A stretch of DNA of 60,061 nt, counting the filler. It is 3 parts of 3 records of this genome, joined end to end, with 100 filler letters (N's around TTAATTAATTAA, not from the genome) between each part and the next. Parts side by side here need not be neighbours in the genome. Positions count along the whole stretch, not along the records: positions 42,004 to 60,061 come from SRR20825019_2722; 2 more parts are not named here. One strand, given 5' to 3'. Below the pieces are notes generated by a model. That model had not been told where the DNA came from and did not search any database. It saw nothing but the letters and a program-made list of their open reading frames with translations. Position 1 is the stretch's first letter. The number at the start of each line of letters is the position of its first letter. A program made the position numbers and the translations under genes. This document shows, one piece after another, positions 55,672 through 60,061 of the stretch.

Positions 55672-58600
55672 TTAATGATGCTGTCCGGGGAAACGCTGCT
55701 GCCCCAGTAGTTTCTGCATCTGGCTGACCAGCTCTTCTTCCTGGTAAGGCTTACCGAGGTAGGCATTGACACCGATTTCCAGCGCGCGCTCACGGTGTTT
55801 CTGACCGGTACGGGAAGTAATCATGATAATTGGCAGATGACGGAACTGGGCATCATTGCGGACAATAGAAGCAAATTCAAAGCCGTCCATACGTGGCATT
55901 TCTACGTCCAGTAAAATGATGTCCGGCTTCTGCTCGTGCAGTTGTGACAGCGCATCAACACCGTCACGGGCTGTTAGCACCTCAAATCCCAGTCGCTTCA
56001 GCAGGTTGCCGGTCGCTTTGCGCATGGTAATCGAGTCATCCACCACCATCGCAAGCGGTGGCTGTTCCTGAATCTGAGTCAGTTCACGCTCAAGGTTAAT
56101 CGCATCATTAGTGTCGAGATGGATATCGCGAGAGGTATCGATCAGCGTGGGAATATCGAGAATAAAGACCACCCGTCCGTCACCCAGGATCGTGGCACCG
56201 TTAACAGCACTGATGGTGCCCAGCTGGCGACCGACCGATTTAATGACGATTTCGCGGTTGCTGATAATGCTGTCAACCAGGAGTGCAACCCGAATCTCAC
56301 CGGAACGGAACAACAACATCGGCAACTGATGCTTGAGATTAGCGGGCAAGATTAATGGTTTGTCCAGCAGCGAGGCGAGTGGGATGAAATCATATTGCTC
56401 GCCGTTGAAATTGTATTTGGGGTCATGCGTACCCAGCATCAGCTTGATATCGCGTACGCTGATCCGTTCGCCGGCATTCACGCTGCCCAGCGGCACTGCA
56501 TACTGCTCGTCCTGCACTTTGATCAGCAAGGCCTGAATGACTGACAGTGTCAATGGCAGACGGATAACAAACTGTGTGCCCTTGCCGTGCTGGGACTGAA
56601 TGGTCAGGCGACCTTTGAGACCGCGAATCTCGTTGCTGACCACATCCATGCCGACACCGCGCCCGGAAAGCTGGGAAATATTCTCGGCGGTACTGAATCC
56701 GGAAGTCAGGATCAGTTGGATCAGCTCCTCTTCCGACGGCGTATCGTCGGCGGTGATCAGATTCAGATCAAGGGCTTTCTGGCGTATTTTATCGACATCA
56801 ATACCTCGCCCGTCATCACTGATGGTCACGACCATCTCTGACCCTTCACGCAGGATTTGTAACTGCAATTGCCCCTGTTCGGGTTTGCCGTTAGCAAGAC
56901 GCACACCGGGGGATTCGATTCCATGCGCAATGGCATTACGAAGAATATGCTCGAGCGGCGCGACCAGACGATCGAGAATGGTCCGGTCCATTTCAAGCTC
57001 GGCACCACGAATGCTGAAATCGGCTTTTTTGTCGAGTTCTGTGGCGGTTTGTCTGACAATCCGTTCCAGTCTCGGCACCACACCATTGAAAGGCAACAGA
57101 CGCGTTGCCATCAAACCTTCCTGCAAGTCGGCATTGAGACGAGATTGCTGCAGCAAAATGGCATCGGTTTCTTTAACCAGCGTATCCATTGAGCGGCTGA
57201 TGTCATTGAGATCGATGACGCTTTCGGTGAGGCCGCGGGATAGCTGCTGGATCATGGAGAACCGGTCCAGCTCCAGTGGGTCGAAATCGGAATCCTGTTT
57301 CAGTCTCTCATCTTCATAGCGGAACAGGATCTGAGTTTCAGTTTCAATTTCCAGCTTGCGTAGTTGATCATGGAGGCGGCTGACGGTTTCTTCCATCTCC
57401 AGTAGTTGCTGACGCAAAGCGGTATGTTGCTGGGTGACGCGGTCACGGGAAATGCTGACCTCGCCGGCAAAGTTGGTCAGGTAATCGAGTAGATCGGCAC
57501 GTACACGGACCTGTTCCACATGCTGCGATGCATGTTTAACTGACGGTATTTCTGTCTCAGGGAGGGCGGGTTGGGACTCTGACTGAGGGATTGATGTTAA
57601 GACTTTTTCCGGTTCCGGCAACGGCCGATCATCTATTTCCAGGTCGGCGCCTTCAGTACGCCAGCTGATTTCCTTGATAAGTGACAAGGCGGTTTTCAGC
57701 GGTTGACGTTGTGCCAGCTGCTCCTGCATTTCACTGAGTTTATCCTGGCAGCGTTGCAGAAGATCAAAGAAATCTTCATCGGCCGGGACTTTATGATCAC
57801 TGACGGCAATCACCAGAGTTTCCACCTGATGCGTGAGATCAGCCATGGGATTAATACCTGTGAGCCGGGCGCCGCCTTTCAGGGTGTGCAGATCACGTTG
57901 CAGTTGTAAGGAATCGACTTCACTGTCGTGGTCGGTTTGCCATGACTTGATGGCCTGCCCGCTTGAGCTCAGCAGTTCTGATGCTTCTTCGCTGAAAGCT
58001 TCGAGTAATTCAGGATCAACATCATCCGGGATCAGGAATTCACTCTCGTCCACATCCATATCCGGCGCAACGGACTGTGGTTCAGACTGAATAGCCAGAT
58101 AACTGTCGACCCTTGCGGCAAAGTCGAAGTCAGCGCTTGGCGGCTTGTTCTGCAACAGGTTTTCAATGTGCTGATTCAGCTGTTCATAACCGAGTTCAAG
58201 CAGATCATTGAGACCCGGGGTGTCCGGTTGTTGTTGCTGGATCAATCGCGACAGCGCGGCATAAACATCAGCAATATGCTTCTGCTCCGCCTGATGAGCG
58301 GCCTGTTCTAAATCGTATAGCGACCGGTCCAGTGCCTGCAGATTGTCCTTGTCGTCAGGTTGCTGCTGCCATTGTGCCAATTGCCGGGTGTAGCTATCCA
58401 GCAGTTCATCGGTCTCTTCCAGAAAGACGACCAGGAACTCAGGATCGATCATTGGCGCTACCGGTGTGCCCCCTGTCGGCTTGAGCTGACTGACCGCAGC
58501 GGACAAATCGCGGATATCCGGTTCAGGCCGGTTATCAGTGATACTGAGGAGCATCTGATCCAGTTGCTCAACAATGTGATTCAAGCCTTGCATCTGCTCG

Positions 58601-60061
58601 CTATCAAGCACCACATCCTGAGCATGAAGTTGTTTCATAACGGCATCAAGCTCGGTAGCAATCAGTCCCATCGGTTTGATGCCGGCAATATTGGCGCAGC
58701 CTTTGAGGGAGTGAACTGCTCTGAGCATGGGCTTGGTCACCTGACGGGAAAAGTCGATTTCCTCCAGGCCCTGCCGCAGATTGATAATATGCTGTGCGGC
58801 TTCGGCGGCAAAAATCAGCAATAACTCGTCATTTTCTTCCTCTGCCACCTTGTCCGCTTCCACATGCGCATCCAGCATGGCGAGATAACGATCCACGCCG
58901 GTTTCCGGGCGTTGTTGCCGCGCCTGATTAATCAGATAACGATCAACCGAAGTCAGTGGTCTGAATATTGGAACGACCGGCTGTGGCGACACAGTCTGAG
59001 AGGCCGCTGTCGATTTTGCGTCGGCCTTTTGCTGGCGCAGGTAACGGCTGACACCGGTTTCGCGTTGCCTCTGCTGAATGTAGGCTTCGACCCCACTCAC
59101 TGGTCTGACTTCAGTGCCAGCGTCGACTTCTTCTGTGTCAGCAGGTAAAACAGCAGTCTGTTCAGCCTGCGACTGGATATATTGCTCGACACCAGTCAGC
59201 GGCTTTTCTTTGCCGGTATCCATATCTGCAGTCGGAGGTTGAGCTGTTGATTTGACTGCCTGATTGCGGATGTAACGTTCAACACCGGTGAGCACTTCTG
59301 TATCAATCTGGAATCTCGACGCGTCATCTGAGTCATGCTCAACGCTGTCATCCCGTGTTTGCTGATAAGCTGAGACATCAAACTCCATCAGCGACGGGTC
59401 CGTCTCCGGTTCGATAATAATCAGCGCTTCATTTTCCTCAACAAGCTCGAAATCCTCTTCTGCAGATTCCGGCCAAGTCAGAGTGTCGCTGCCTGGAGGC
59501 GTTGACAATTCATCTTCGGGCGCGGTGGGCGCAGAAGACTGGGAAGATAAGCATTCGTCTTTGAGCGCATGCAGTGCTCCCACTTCAGCCGGGGCGCTGT
59601 TATCGGCGCGGGTGAAGCGCTGGATTAAAGCCGGCACAATCTGGTGAGACTCGGCCGCCAGTCGCCTAACCTGATCGCTGTCAGGGCGGGTGCCGTCAAT
59701 CACATGATTGAGCACTTGTTCCACAGACCAGGCCAGTTCTCCGATGACTGTGGCACCAGCCATACGGCCGCTGCCCTTAAGGGTATGAAAATGACGGCGA
59801 ATGTCGGTGAGAGCCTCTGGGTCGCCATCACTGAGCCATTTGGGCATCAAGCTATCGAGTTCAGCCAGGACCTCTTCCGCTTCTTCAATAAAGACTTCGG
59901 CTATTTCCGGATCAACCCCTTCCGCAAAATGCCATGCGGCATTTGCTTCCGGTTGAGACGTTGTCTGACTGTCTTCTTCCACTTCAGCATCGGTGTCTTG
60001 TTGCTGAGACATTGCAATGCTTGAATCTGCTGGCTCAGGCTCAGGCTCAGGCTCAGGCTCA
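55672..60061 (-). CDS. chpA: Pil-Chp hybrid CheA-like kinase (Hpt repeats, HATPase, CheW, REC); 5'-truncated
   Basis: HTLKGSGR, HSLKGCA and HTLKGGAR Hpt motifs; LELDRFS; EHILRNAIAHGIE; SGRGVGMDVV; VVDDSITMR...DVEMPRMDG. Frame is open to the window end. Confidence 0.93.
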   Translation of the reverse strand, partial: EPEPEPEPEPADSSIAMSQQQDTDAEVEEDSQTTSQPEANAAWHFAEGVDPEIAEVFIEEAEEVLAELDSLMPKWLSDGDPEALTDIRRHFHTLKGSGRMAGATVIGELAWSVEQVLNHVIDGTRPDSDQVRRLAAESHQIVPALIQRFTRADNSAPAEVGALHALKDECLSSQSSAPTAPEDELSTPPGSDTLTWPESAEEDFELVEENEALIIIEPETDPSLMEFDVSAYQQTRDDSVEHDSDDASRFQIDTEVLTGVERYIRNQAVKSTAQPPTADMDTGKEKPLTGVEQYIQSQAEQTAVLPADTEEVDAGTEVRPVSGVEAYIQQRQRETGVSRYLRQQKADAKSTAASQTVSPQPVVPIFRPLTSVDRYLINQARQQRPETGVDRYLAMLDAHVEADKVAEEENDELLLIFAAEAAQHIINLRQGLEEIDFSRQVTKPMLRAVHSLKGCANIAGIKPMGLIATELDAVMKQLHAQDVVLDSEQMQGLNHIVEQLDQMLLSITDNRPEPDIRDLSAAVSQLKPTGGTPVAPMIDPEFLVVFLEETDELLDSYTRQLAQWQQQPDDKDNLQALDRSLYDLEQAAHQAEQKHIADVYAALSRLIQQQQPDTPGLNDLLELGYEQLNQHIENLLQNKPPSADFDFAARVDSYLAIQSEPQSVAPDMDVDESEFLIPDDVDPELLEAFSEEASELLSSSGQAIKSWQTDHDSEVDSLQLQRDLHTLKGGARLTGINPMADLTHQVETLVIAVSDHKVPADEDFFDLLQRCQDKLSEMQEQLAQRQPLKTALSLIKEISWRTEGADLEIDDRPLPEPEKVLTSIPQSESQPALPETEIPSVKHASQHVEQVRVRADLLDYLTNFAGEVSISRDRVTQQHTALRQQLLEMEETVSRLHDQLRKLEIETETQILFRYEDERLKQDSDFDPLELDRFSMIQQLSRGLTESVIDLNDISRSMDTLVKETDAILLQQSRLNADLQEGLMATRLLPFNGVVPRLERIVRQTATELDKKADFSIRGAELEMDRTILDRLVAPLEHILRNAIAHGIESPGVRLANGKPEQGQLQLQILREGSEMVVTISDDGRGIDVDKIRQKALDLNLITADDTPSEEELIQLILTSGFSTAENISQLSGRGVGMDVVSNEIRGLKGRLTIQSQHGKGTQFVIRLPLTLSVIQALLIKVQDEQYAVPLGSVNAGERISVRDIKLMLGTHDPKYNFNGEQYDFIPLASLLDKPLILPANLKHQLPMLLFRSGEIRVALLVDSIISNREIVIKSVGRQLGTISAVNGATILGDGRVVFILDIPTLIDTSRDIHLDTNDAINLERELTQIQEQPPLAMVVDDSITMRKATGNLLKRLGFEVLTARDGVDALSQLHEQKPDIILLDVEMPRMDGFEFASIVRNDAQFRHLPIIMITSRTGQKHRERALEIGVNAYLGKPYQEEELVSQMQKLLGQQRFPGQHH
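60032..60061 (-). repeat. (GGCTCA)5 hexamer repeat encoding (PE)n in the ChpA linker at window end
   Basis: Read directly from the sequence. Confidence 0.9.

Overview
This window is not one locus. It is three unrelated contigs joined by identical synthetic 100-nt linkers (N44-TTAATTAATTAA-N44 at 20846-20945 and 41904-42003). Segment A (1-20845) looks alphaproteobacterial and GC-rich. It carries a TPP riboswitch with an ABC permease, AcuC/HDAC, tRNA-Pro, tRNA-Arg, an NDUFS4-like gene and a porin. It also has an exported caspase-family protease divergent from a periplasmic protein plus CHASE2 adenylate cyclase, then ABC-F, a multi-rhodanese, metC and aapJQMP. Segment B (20946-41903) is an anaerobic-respiration cluster: narHJI, beta-carbonic anhydrase, AlgE-type porin-nnrS, an FNR-box-led SDR / B12 radical SAM / MBL operon, ubiTUV and napEFDABC. 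It abuts a tyrosine-integrase element at the 3' end of a tRNA-Ala, whose xis-int operon continues into an orphan Xre/MbcA-like gene, a metallophosphoesterase and a DEDDh exonuclease. Segment C (42004-60061) is from a gammaproteobacterial methylotroph (Methylophaga-like). It holds an H4MPT/methylofuran C1 cluster (mch, orf5, orf7, fae, orf17, MfnD/F/E-like genes, pabB, an MfnA-like decarboxylase), cca, slt and chpC/chpA. Best candidates for new biology: the FNR-controlled B12 radical SAM operon, the caspase-CHASE2 cyclase module, the integrase cargo operon, the MfnA-like decarboxylase and a sixfold TGVxRY[IL] motif in ChpA. All family and taxon calls come from motif recognition by eye; no database search was run.
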